A DNA stretch of 39,732 nt from a virus (lineage: Duplodnaviria > Caudoviricetes). The stretch's first letter is position 1, and each line of letters begins with the position of its first letter. The position numbers were made by a program, and so were the translations under genes. The stretch is taken from positions 1 to 39,732 of IMG/VR virus record IMGVR_UViG_3300009068_004212, one strand, 5' to 3'. Positions 8,176 to 17,046 of the stretch are shown piece after piece. The notes below the pieces were generated by a model. The model did no database searches, was not told the origin of the DNA, and saw only the letters and a program-made list of their open reading frames with translations.

Positions 8176-10260
8176 ATGACAACAACCGTATATCCAGCAG
8201 CGATAACAACCTCAGCAATAACTGTAGTAAAAGATACAACGATAGCCGGAAATTTAAGCGTAACTGGTGCTTCTTTTATACAAGGCGCTTCATTTCCAGC
8301 TACAACAGTTAAAACTATTGGAGATTTTCCTCCTTTATCTAAAACTGATACAAGAGTATTAGTTGATATTGGGACTTCAAATACTGTTTCAACAAATACT
8401 TGGACTTCACTGCCTACTGGTTGGACTCAAACAAATTCTACAGGAACCGCAAATTCAGCAACAGGATTTATTCCTGGCAGTACAGGAGGAAATCAAGCTG
8501 GGCGCATAGATTCTCCCGATAATTGGAATCTTACAACTGGAAATCAAGGAACGATTTATATAGAGCTAGATAGAGCTGGCATATCAATCAATGGAGCCCT
8601 TCAAAGCACATCATCTGGTTGGTATGATTCGATAGGAAATCCTTATTCGGCTTCCGGCGGCGGTTATCCTGCGACAGCATTTTCAATCGCAAATTTGACT
8701 GCAAATAGAGTCCTTTCCTTGACGATGGGTCCAGGCGCCGCAGGTTTTCAAGATTATTATGGTGGGTATAGATACGCGCAGTTTGCAGTTTTAAATCCCA
8801 ATTACCAAAGCCCAAATTTTTCAAATAATGCTAGTTTTGTTTACACTTGGAGCGGGAATACATCCTATATATACGTTGATGGCATATTAGTCACTGCAAA
8901 CGCTAATTCAGCAATTATTCCTACAGGTATTTTTAAAAGAGTTACCATCGGAAATGGCCCCACTGGTCCGAATTCAAGTTGGGGAGGAAATTTAGGTCCA
9001 TATAACATCAAAAGATTTCAAATCAGCACAGCATTTTGCCCTCCATTAGCTTCTCGACTTTTAATAGGTGTTACAGGAGATTCCTACGCAGCTGGTGATG
9101 GTGGATTTGGAGGAGATTCAGGAGATGCTGCTAATGCAACAATTTCTGGAATATATGCAAATAATACAATTGCTACATCAAAATACAATGTTGCAAATTG
9201 TCAAGTCGACCCAGCATCAACAGTTGGATTTATCTCTTGGGGAGGATTGATGCAAGCATATGCAGCAAAGCAATTTGGATCGCGATTAGCGTTTTTTGGT
9301 TCTACAAAATCAGGGCACGCTAATTATTTTACAGGTTATTCATCGAATTCGATTCGCGACAATCCACGAGCAGGATTGACTGTATATACTGATGCATTAA
9401 ATTCTGCTCGCCCTGCTATTGTTCTAGAATTAGATTCTGTAAATAATTTAATTCAAGCATCGATATCAAGTTATACGACCGCCACTGATCCTGTTGGAGA
9501 TTTGAAGTGGAGATTTGATTATATGGCAGATAATAATCCAAATCTTCGTGCAATTATTTTAGTTGAAGCAATGAGTGTAGAAAAAATGCCCGCAGGATCT
9601 TTGGCAGGTTATGGAATCAGCACTCCCGCAAACGCAGCTATTGTTTCAGCATATTTTAGGCAATTAAATCGAGCAGCATTTTATGATACTCGTTACTATG
9701 CAGGAGGCAGAGTTCCCGTCATATATGTTCCTACATATGAACGGGCTGATGGAGCTTCTGATGGAAACTTATTGCATTGGGGTTCTAATCCAAATAATAT
9801 CAAAACTGTCGGCGATTTACAAGGTCCCACAGGAGCAATTCCAGATATTCATTTGACTGTTTATGGAAGAATGAGACTAGCTGATATTGTATGGGAAGCA
9901 TTAAAGCCTGTGGTGCAAGCTCTATTGACAAATATTGATGCAGAAATTCCATTTACTGCACCATATGAACAGTCTGCAATTATTCCAAATTGTTCATTAG
10001 GAGTTACTCAAATTTACACCATTAACAACAATGCGACAATTGCAGCTCCATTAAATCCATATACGATAGGAAGTAAATTGAGATTCAAAATTATTCAAAA
10101 TGCAACTGGAGGATATTCTGTCACATTCAATTTTGCATATAGAAATGCTCCTTCTTTGGGAACTGGAACAGCCAGACAAACTGCTTATGTCGAATTTGAG
10201 TGCATCGATAATATAACAAACACATGGCAGTATGTTGGTGGATCTACAGCATTTGCATAA
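8176..10260 (+). CDS. putative tail fibre/receptor-binding protein with lectin(LamG)-like and SGNH-hydrolase-like domains
   Basis: Thr/Gly/Asn-rich; FVYTW...YIYVDG lectin-like stretch; GVTGDSY (GDS) and DIHL motifs; C-terminal IIQNATGG tail-type domain. Confidence 0.6.
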   Translation: MTTTVYPAAITTSAITVVKDTTIAGNLSVTGASFIQGASFPATTVKTIGDFPPLSKTDTRVLVDIGTSNTVSTNTWTSLPTGWTQTNSTGTANSATGFIPGSTGGNQAGRIDSPDNWNLTTGNQGTIYIELDRAGISINGALQSTSSGWYDSIGNPYSASGGGYPATAFSIANLTANRVLSLTMGPGAAGFQDYYGGYRYAQFAVLNPNYQSPNFSNNASFVYTWSGNTSYIYVDGILVTANANSAIIPTGIFKRVTIGNGPTGPNSSWGGNLGPYNIKRFQISTAFCPPLASRLLIGVTGDSYAAGDGGFGGDSGDAANATISGIYANNTIATSKYNVANCQVDPASTVGFISWGGLMQAYAAKQFGSRLAFFGSTKSGHANYFTGYSSNSIRDNPRAGLTVYTDALNSARPAIVLELDSVNNLIQASISSYTTATDPVGDLKWRFDYMADNNPNLRAIILVEAMSVEKMPAGSLAGYGISTPANAAIVSAYFRQLNRAAFYDTRYYAGGRVPVIYVPTYERADGASDGNLLHWGSNPNNIKTVGDLQGPTGAIPDIHLTVYGRMRLADIVWEALKPVVQALLTNIDAEIPFTAPYEQSAIIPNCSLGVTQIYTINNNATIAAPLNPYTIGSKLRFKIIQNATGGYSVTFNFAYRNAPSLGTGTARQTAYVEFECIDNITNTWQYVGGSTAFA

Positions 10261-10261
10261 A

Positions 10262-10552
10262 ATGATTGACTACTATCTAAAGTTTGATTCCGAAGCGCAG
10301 GCTAAATCACTTCTCTTTCCCAATGCATCAGAAGAGAATGGATTAGGATTTAGCCCGTTCGGTTCAGTGGATTTGATCGGCACTCTCTATGACTATATTA
10401 ATAATGAAGATTCTAATCCTTATGACGATGACATTAATCAAACCTCTATTCCTGTTGCTGGATATCATGTGAATGTTCGCGCAATGAGCGAATTTTCTGA
10501 GCTTGATGCTTATCGAGTTTATCCTGTGACTCCAAGGCGAGTTTGGCTCTAA
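10262..10552 (+). CDS. tail-fibre-associated small protein
   Basis: MIDYYLKF...GYHVNVR...PVTPRRVW, a type often found after fibre genes. Confidence 0.6.
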   Translation: MIDYYLKFDSEAQAKSLLFPNASEENGLGFSPFGSVDLIGTLYDYINNEDSNPYDDDINQTSIPVAGYHVNVRAMSEFSELDAYRVYPVTPRRVWL

Positions 10553-10689
10553 TGCAAACTCAAAAGACGCTGAAACAGTTCAAAAAAGAACAAAAAGCAA
10601 AAACGAATCCGATCAAATCGACAACCACCGAGAAAGAACCCATGATTGATCCTTCAATTCTTGCAACTGGTGTTGTCTCTGCATACTAA
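10552..10689 (+). CDS. small hypothetical protein (KTLKQFKKE N-terminus)
   Basis: 45-aa ORF coupled by TAATG; below track cut-off. Confidence 0.45.
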   Translation: MQTQKTLKQFKKEQKAKTNPIKSTTTEKEPMIDPSILATGVVSAY

Positions 10690-10700
10690 AGGAAAAGAAA

Positions 10701-11003
10701 ATGAAAACATTCAAACAGTTTCAATTAGAATCCGCAGCATGGACCAGAAAAGAAGGGCAGAACCCAGAAGGTGGGCTCAATCGCAAAGGCATTGAGTCTT
10801 ATCGAAAAGAGAATCCAGGTTCAAAATTGTCAATGGCTGTGACGACAAAACCATCCAAACTTGATCCTGATTCTAAAGCAGCAAAGAGAAGAAAGTCCTT
10901 TTGCTCAAGAATGCAAGGAATGAAATCCAAGCTGACTTCATCAGCAACCGCAAATGATCCAGATTCACGCATCAATAAATCATTGAGAAAATGGAATTGT
11001 TAA
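10701..11003 (+). CDS. conserved T4-like basic protein (DUF6321-like) with capsid-targeting-like N-terminus
   Basis: MKTFKQF; AAWTRKEG.NPEGGLN...RRKSFCSRM...SLRKWNC. Confidence 0.8.
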   Translation: MKTFKQFQLESAAWTRKEGQNPEGGLNRKGIESYRKENPGSKLSMAVTTKPSKLDPDSKAAKRRKSFCSRMQGMKSKLTSSATANDPDSRINKSLRKWNC

Positions 11004-11006
11004 TCT

Positions 11007-11234
11007 ATGAAAACATTCAAAGAACTCAGAACTGAACTCGATGAAAATCTTTCACTTTGGAAACACAATTCACGCTCAGGGCTGTGGGATCATCAAAGAA
11101 AAGTCACACCAGAAACAAAAGATGAATGGTTAAGAGTACACAAAGAAGACGAACCAAAAGCACATTTTCAAGTCTCTAAAAATCGACCAATTGCACCACC
11201 AAAAGTCGGTGGGCATTATCTAAGCAATGTTTAA
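11007..11234 (+). CDS. putative internal head protein
   Basis: MKTFKEL...E N-terminus like T4 IP capsid-targeting sequences. Confidence 0.6.
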   Translation: MKTFKELRTELDENLSLWKHNSRSGLWDHQRKVTPETKDEWLRVHKEDEPKAHFQVSKNRPIAPPKVGGHYLSNV

Positions 11235-11249
11235 TGAAAGAATAAGCAT

Positions 11250-11423
11250 ATGATAAACGAAAGAATTGAAACACTTAGAAATCTAGAAAGAATTTGTTGG
11301 GAAATGGCAGGAGTATTTTTAGAAAACAAAGATGCACATGGAATCCATGACATGGGTGTAGAAATACAAGCACTTCAGCGAGCTTTAGCAGAATTGAATA
11401 AGATTGAAGAGTTCGAAAAATGA
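11250..11423 (+). CDS. hypothetical protein (57 aa)
   Basis: Fills gap; ATGA overlap with the next gene. Confidence 0.5.
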   Translation: MINERIETLRNLERICWEMAGVFLENKDAHGIHDMGVEIQALQRALAELNKIEEFEK

Positions 11424-12184
11424 AAACTTTTAAATCTTTTATTGATTCACAAGAAAACGAACCTTTTGTTCCACATGAACCGGTTCATTTTAAGCATGGA
11501 AATTCAAATGAAAGCCCAGACGAACCTTTTGTTCCAAATGAACCGGTTCATTACAAAAATGATTCTCATATTGAAGAAGAGACTCTCACGGAAGCAAAGA
11601 AAGTCAATTGGCTTGATAAGAATGACAACGAGGAACATTATGATAATATAGAGACTCCTAAAAAACTATCAATTTATCTCATGCATCATGGAAAAGAACA
11701 TACACCAAAAGAAACACAAGCTCTCAAAGATCACAGCATTAATAGCAAACCTTTGAATCGTCATCTAGTTGCTCGACATAAAGATCCCACTTTAAAACCA
11801 GATAAATCTCATGCTATGAGAATACAGCATCTAGATAGCGCAACAAGTCACAAACTTAATCATCCTCTTCATGTTTATTCCGGAATTCGCTGGGATCCTA
11901 GAGAACAGATGAAAAAAACAGATAAGGTTCATCTTCCAGCTTATACATCAACCACTCATGATAAAAAAACTGCTAAGAAATTTGCAAGCAACCATATTCT
12001 TCATATTCATCTTAAAAAAGGTGATAAAGCAGCACCTATAGAACATTTATCACATTATCATGGAGAACATGAAACCGTTCTTCCTCGAAACACGACTCTC
12101 AAGGTAAATAAAACTCCAACAAAGGTTGTGCATGGAAAAAAAACGTATCATGTATGGCACGCGACAGTACATTCACAGAAGTAA
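11420..12184 (+). CDS. ADP-ribosyltransferase (VIP2/Alt-like), probably virion-packaged
   Basis: MKTFKSF start; HVYSG, YTSTT, HILHI, EHETVLPRNT (ExE) motifs. Confidence 0.75.
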   Translation: MKTFKSFIDSQENEPFVPHEPVHFKHGNSNESPDEPFVPNEPVHYKNDSHIEEETLTEAKKVNWLDKNDNEEHYDNIETPKKLSIYLMHHGKEHTPKETQALKDHSINSKPLNRHLVARHKDPTLKPDKSHAMRIQHLDSATSHKLNHPLHVYSGIRWDPREQMKKTDKVHLPAYTSTTHDKKTAKKFASNHILHIHLKKGDKAAPIEHLSHYHGEHETVLPRNTTLKVNKTPTKVVHGKKTYHVWHATVHSQK

Positions 12185-12211
12185 AAATAATAGAAAAGAA
12201 AGGGTATTAAA

Positions 12212-12802
12212 ATGAAAACATTTGTTCAGTTTCTTTTCGAGGTTCGCACCGCAACCGATATCACAAAAAAGACGAAAAGTTTCATAAATGCTGTTCTTCC
12301 AAATAATGGTCGAAAATTCAATCCAGAAGATTCTGATGGAGAACACATAGGAACCGTCAAGGGGCATCACATTTATAAATATGTCAGCCCACTCAACAAA
12401 AGAGTAGTAACATATGCAGCGCATAATCCTGAATCTGGCAAATCTACTGTCGCAGTCTCAGGAATACATCATAAAGGAGTTTTATCCGATCTAAAACTAG
12501 CCGCTTCAGAAGACAACAAATTTCCAGCACATGAACTCTATCATCATCTGCTTCATCATGATCATGTTAAAGCTCTTGTGGCCGATCATCAGTCTCCTGG
12601 TGGAAAAAAAGTATGGGAAAGACTAGCTAAAAAGAAGAACATTGGAATTCATGGTTGGAATCCCAAAAAGAACAAGCCAGTCAACATTAAATTTGGTGAA
12701 GATGAAACTCATGAAGAACCGTCCAAGAATAAAAAGAAATATGATGCAATCAATCCAGATCAAGATGTTGTGCATATGCAATTAGTAGCCCACAAGAAAT
12801 GA
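12212..12802 (+). CDS. putative internal head protein
   Basis: MKTFVQFLFE start; ADHQSPGGKKVWERL motif; His-rich. Confidence 0.6.
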   Translation: MKTFVQFLFEVRTATDITKKTKSFINAVLPNNGRKFNPEDSDGEHIGTVKGHHIYKYVSPLNKRVVTYAAHNPESGKSTVAVSGIHHKGVLSDLKLAASEDNKFPAHELYHHLLHHDHVKALVADHQSPGGKKVWERLAKKKNIGIHGWNPKKNKPVNIKFGEDETHEEPSKNKKKYDAINPDQDVVHMQLVAHKK

Positions 12803-13326
12803 AAAATGAATACGATATCATCTATGCCGATCCTCCTTGGAGCTATCAAGACAAAAGTATGAATCGTGGTGGTGCAGAAAGACACTATTCAACGATGAAT
12901 CTAAAAGATATTTGCCAACTCAACATTCCAGCAAAAGAAAATTCTGTTCTTTTCATGTGGGCAACCTATCCTCTTCTTCCTGAAGCTCTCAATGTCATTG
13001 AGGCATGGGGTTTTCAGTATAAGACATGTGCATTTACATGGGTAAAAACAAATAAGATATCCCATGATTCGCTCTATATGGGAATGGGGCACTATACACG
13101 TTCCAATGCAGAAATATGTTTATTAGCGACAAGGGGTAAGACTCTACTTCGATATAGTAAATCAATAAGAAATACACATTTATTTCCAGTGAGAAGACAT
13201 TCCGCTAAACCTCCTGAATTCAGAGATATGATTGTTCAGTTATATGGAGATCAGACTTCTAAGCTAGAAATGTTTGCGAGAGAGAAAGCAGAGGGATGGG
13301 ATTCATGGGGAAATGAAATTGTATAG
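12799..13326 (+). CDS. MT-A70-family adenine methyltransferase
   Basis: IYADPPW, LFMWAT, AWGFQY, FTWVK, HSAKP, LEMFAR, GWDSWGNE. Confidence 0.9.
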   Translation: MKNEYDIIYADPPWSYQDKSMNRGGAERHYSTMNLKDICQLNIPAKENSVLFMWATYPLLPEALNVIEAWGFQYKTCAFTWVKTNKISHDSLYMGMGHYTRSNAEICLLATRGKTLLRYSKSIRNTHLFPVRRHSAKPPEFRDMIVQLYGDQTSKLEMFAREKAEGWDSWGNEIV

Positions 13327-13354
13327 GGGGTAGACCTCGTACTGTCGAGAATCC

Positions 13355-13702
13355 ATGGGAAAATATAGGGAAAAAGTGTGCCCGAGGTGCGGAAATTCGC
13401 ATCGAAAACGCAGGAAATTTTGTTCTCGGTCGTGTGGGAATCAAAGGAACCACACAGAGGAACACAAGGAAGCTCTATCGAGTTCGCTGAAAAATTTTTA
13501 TGATAATACTGAGGAAGGTGCTGCGATTGCCTCTAGAAATTCCTTTAACACCACGCACTACAATAATTATCGCTATGGATATACTTCCGAAAAAGAAGTC
13601 GCATTAAAAGAGAATGATTTTAAGCTAGAAATCCCAGATATAAGAAACCCCCTAAAAGAAAATCAATTCCTTGAAGGGGGAGATATATGGGAGACTGTTT
13701 AA
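13355..13702 (+). CDS. zinc-finger protein (KFCSRSC, endonuclease-associated type)
   Basis: CPRCG...KFCSRSCGN. Confidence 0.6.
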   Translation: MGKYREKVCPRCGNSHRKRRKFCSRSCGNQRNHTEEHKEALSSSLKNFYDNTEEGAAIASRNSFNTTHYNNYRYGYTSEKEVALKENDFKLEIPDIRNPLKENQFLEGGDIWETV

Positions 13703-13899
13703 GAGTCTTTTTCATCCCGTAGCAGATAGACCAGATCAATCAGTTTCTCGACCTCCTTGGCTAGCTTGCCAAAATCAGTTTCAACTCCTTTATATTCCAA
13801 TGCTATTCTTTCAGCTTGTTTTATCACTAATTCCTGTGAGAGTTTAATCCTTCCCTCACGGATCCCTCGTTTCATGCCAATATCAAAGTCACTATACAT
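13699..13899 (-). CDS. hypothetical protein
   Basis: AAGGAG RBS on minus strand, downstream of the vWA gene. Confidence 0.65.
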   Translation of the reverse strand: MYSDFDIGMKRGIREGRIKLSQELVIKQAERIALEYKGVETDFGKLAKEVEKLIDLVYLLRDEKDS

Positions 13900-13917
13900 T
13901 CTCTATTCTCCTTTTGT

Positions 13918-16116
13918 TTAAGCAGCCAGTTCCATAAACTTGGAAGCAAGGATTCGGTTAGCCTTGCGGTCACTATTGTTTTTCTTAAAGGCGCCCTTAA
14001 TCTTGGCCAAGGAAGCGTCCTTGTCTACAGTCACTTCAGCGGTATCACTATTCTTAATCAAAAAGAATCGAGTGTAACCCTTAGCGTAGGATTCGAAAAA
14101 CTTCTTTTCCTTCAGTTCAGTCTTAACGATATCCATGCTGACCGAGAAGCCATTCTTATCTGTTGCCATGGTCTGAATGTTAGCGTAGTCGTGCCCCGAT
14201 AACCGAGCCGGGAGCAAAAAGAAACCAAAGGTATTCACGTTCAATTCCTTCTGAATCAGATTCAAAAACAATTCGGTGTTTTGATAAGAGTTCCCGTATC
14301 GATAGAACTCATTCTTAAACTTCAGCTTAGTATTCACTTTGTTATAAGAACTATCGTATTCGGTTTGCCGCTTCACCATGAGACCGTCCTCGTTCATGGC
14401 GTAGTAAGTATCGATTGCGCTGGTGCAACCACCGTCAGTCACAACCACCAGGTTCATGATATCGACTCGGTTCTTTTTCTGAAACTCAGGAAGCAGTTTC
14501 TGCATCACCAAGAGCGCAGGCTTCAGCGGAGTAGAACTCAGGCCCAGTTCGGGAGCAACCACTTGCCGAAACTTACTCGACCGATATCCATAATAAGCGC
14601 CATAAGAATTCGAATAGCCCAGCGCCAGACACACTTCAAAGGCTCGGGCATACTGGTTGCTGGTCATGCTAGAGGACAGCAAGTCGAGGAGATAAACATT
14701 CTCCACTACCAGCTCACCCAGATTTTTAGAAAAACCAGCTTGAATCCGATCGATTCCAGTCGAATAAGGATCGCGACCAGTGAAGGCGAGCACCTGAAAG
14801 GGAATGCCAATTCGTTTGCAAGCCGAAGCCAGAATCAGAACCTGTTCCATAGACTGCGAGAAGGTATCAGCCATTGAGGATGACCAGTCAAGGAGCAGCA
14901 TCATGCCGTGGTTCTTGCCGTTCGGCACGATAGTGCGTGACTTGAACACTTGGTCGGTCATGGTGTAGTAGGACAGCTTGCTCGGGTTAATGTCACCAGT
15001 ATCAGACTGGCGAGCCTTTTTCCAAGAAGCAGCAGACTTCCGCATCTGGAATTCCTTGACATACAGGTCAATGGCATTCTTATTTTTCGATAAGAATTCC
15101 TTCACCGAATTTTTCATTTTCTGATGGGCGAGAGAGCCAGCATCATTATAGGCTTCAGGATTGTATGCTGCCATGAATTCTCGAATTTTCTCGCTAGAAA
15201 TCACGAGTTTTTCGAGAGAACCCACTTTCGGAAGCTGGACAGTATTGAAGCCCTTTGAGGAAGCCAGAGACTGTTCATTCTTACGAAAGGCAGAATCAGT
15301 AAGGGATTCGGGATCCTCTTCGGATTCCTCATCCTCCTCATCATCGCCTTCCTCGGCATCCTTTTGATTCATTTGAGCATCATCGGCAGGTTCGAAATCA
15401 GAGGATTCCTCGTCATTATCATCCTTGCCTTCGCCCCAGAAATCATCATCTTCGGACTCATCCTCTTCGGACATATCGTCTTCAAAAGAATCATCCTCTT
15501 CAGATTCATCCTGTTTCTGTTGCTCTTTTTGCTCTTTTTTCTCCTGTTGCTCATCCTTGCAGTAGGCAAAAAGTTTTTCGGCAACGGCGACAACCTGTTC
15601 CCAGGTCTCGGTGCCTTCGACTTCAGCCAGAAGGAGTTTTTCCTCAGCAGTGAAGGGAACATTCAGGAGTGAACCCAGCTTGCACTTGAGGTTCACACGG
15701 TCGATCAGAAGGAGTTCAGAAAGGACAGTGCCCTTGATTCCGAAGAAATCCTGTTCAAAAAGCTCCTTGTAGCCTCGCAGGAATGAACCGCGAAGCCCAG
15801 GATACTTACGCTTTTGCTTCTTTTCGATACGAGCATCCTCGCATACATTGAGGAAACCCTTGAATCGAGCGCCACGCTTGTCGATAGCGCCGTGCCAGCC
15901 CTCTTCGGAAGTGAATAGAGCGTGCCCAGTCTCATGCCCGACAAGGAGGTCGGTCACGTCCGAGGAGACACCTTCCCAGTTCGGAAGGTACATGGTGCGT
16001 GACTTGAGGTCGAACGCAGCAGTTTTCATGGTGGGGCTGATGGTGATGTTAATGTTTTCAGCAGCCAAGAGCTTGGCAAGCTGAGATTTGGATTGGGAAA
16101 GCGTTTCGGTTTTCAT
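13918..16116 (-). CDS. metallopeptidase-like/vWA (CobT-like) partner of MoxR AAA+ ATPase
   Basis: HETGH (HExxH), EDARIEK, acidic linker, MIDAS DWSSS, STP, VTDG. Confidence 0.85.
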   Translation of the reverse strand: MKTETLSQSKSQLAKLLAAENINITISPTMKTAAFDLKSRTMYLPNWEGVSSDVTDLLVGHETGHALFTSEEGWHGAIDKRGARFKGFLNVCEDARIEKKQKRKYPGLRGSFLRGYKELFEQDFFGIKGTVLSELLLIDRVNLKCKLGSLLNVPFTAEEKLLLAEVEGTETWEQVVAVAEKLFAYCKDEQQEKKEQKEQQKQDESEEDDSFEDDMSEEDESEDDDFWGEGKDDNDEESSDFEPADDAQMNQKDAEEGDDEEDEESEEDPESLTDSAFRKNEQSLASSKGFNTVQLPKVGSLEKLVISSEKIREFMAAYNPEAYNDAGSLAHQKMKNSVKEFLSKNKNAIDLYVKEFQMRKSAASWKKARQSDTGDINPSKLSYYTMTDQVFKSRTIVPNGKNHGMMLLLDWSSSMADTFSQSMEQVLILASACKRIGIPFQVLAFTGRDPYSTGIDRIQAGFSKNLGELVVENVYLLDLLSSSMTSNQYARAFEVCLALGYSNSYGAYYGYRSSKFRQVVAPELGLSSTPLKPALLVMQKLLPEFQKKNRVDIMNLVVVTDGGCTSAIDTYYAMNEDGLMVKRQTEYDSSYNKVNTKLKFKNEFYRYGNSYQNTELFLNLIQKELNVNTFGFFLLPARLSGHDYANIQTMATDKNGFSVSMDIVKTELKEKKFFESYAKGYTRFFLIKNSDTAEVTVDKDASLAKIKGAFKKNNSDRKANRILASKFMELAA

Positions 16117-16291
16117 GCAGCAAGTGTACTCTCTCGAAATGTTAAATCAAACAAAAAGAATTTAATAAAATCAATCAGTTATTTTAATTATATGTTTTCA
16201 TTATGATTTCTCTACGAAACGCTTCCACACCATTGGAACATTCATAAAATGTATGGACACAAACGAAAGCGCATGGTAAAAACTTCAATAA

Positions 16292-16650
16292 AATCAATAA
16301 CTTAGATGTTGTCATCATTCCGTCACTTAAAAGACAAACTCTAATAAAATCAATGACTTACGAAAAATCTGCCGAATGTAATTCTTCTCGCAAGGTCTAG
16401 AGTCGTGAAACTCAAGGAAATGAGAGTTTTGGTTTGAGTTTCTATCGCCCAGGCTCGGTGTCCATCCCGGAAACTCTCCATCGACTGAGCCACTTAGCGT
16501 CAAACTATTTTTGGATTATAACACTCGGTGTCGGACATGTAAACTTTTTTCTTTTTTGTGCAGAATTCTTAAGAAAAACAATCAGAAGGAGTAAGTAATT
16601 GATTTAACTGAAATCTTTTCTATTTTCTTACGATATCACCCATGTATACT
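16292..16650 (+). repeat. intergenic module A (with ~128-bp insert): tandem IHF-consensus boxes, conserved core, inverted box pair, -10 TATACT
   Basis: Boxes 16292 and 16348; TGCCGAATGTAATT core; box pair 16576/16592; TATACT 16645. Confidence 0.8.
16515..16543 (-). promoter_or_regulatory. sigma70/T4-early-type promoter on the minus strand
   Basis: (G)TTTACA-17 nt-TATAAT on the reverse strand. Confidence 0.7.
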
Positions 16651-16775
16651 GTCACTGTGAAATTCAAAACGAAAGAGAAATTGCCATGATTATTTGTTCG
16701 ATTCTGTTCTTTCTGATTTTTGTTCCCGTGATTGTCTCCATTTGTTCCTGCTCCAAATTTGAGGGTTAAGCCACC

Positions 16776-16940
16776 ATGAGTTACTTTTCCAATCTCCAGA
16801 TTCAAGTCGAGGAAATGCTTTTCGAAGGCAAGTCCGAATGGACTATCGCCTCCGTCCTCGGGATTCCTGTCGAGTGGGTTGAAACCCTCTCCGCCTGCCC
16901 CGAAGCCACTGTCGAAGATCTCGCCGAAGATTTCGGCTAA
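16776..16940 (+). CDS. small hypothetical protein, paralog of 26327-26578
   Basis: VEEMLFEG...IASVLGIPVEWVE vs IQEMLLEG...IAKVLNVPMEWVE. Confidence 0.7.
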   Translation: MSYFSNLQIQVEEMLFEGKSEWTIASVLGIPVEWVETLSACPEATVEDLAEDFG

Positions 16941-17046
16941 TTAAATCAACTGGTTAGAGTAAGTGATTGTTTTCTTAAGAAAATTAAAGTTTGCAATCCT
17001 TCCTCTCACCAGTATACTACTCGCATAGTTCAAAAAGAGAGTAAAA

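Noticed and set aside
16370-16392. Sigma-54 promoter in the TGCCG...GCA module core
   Set aside because: No TGGCAC-N5-TTGC with correct GG/GC spacing on either strand
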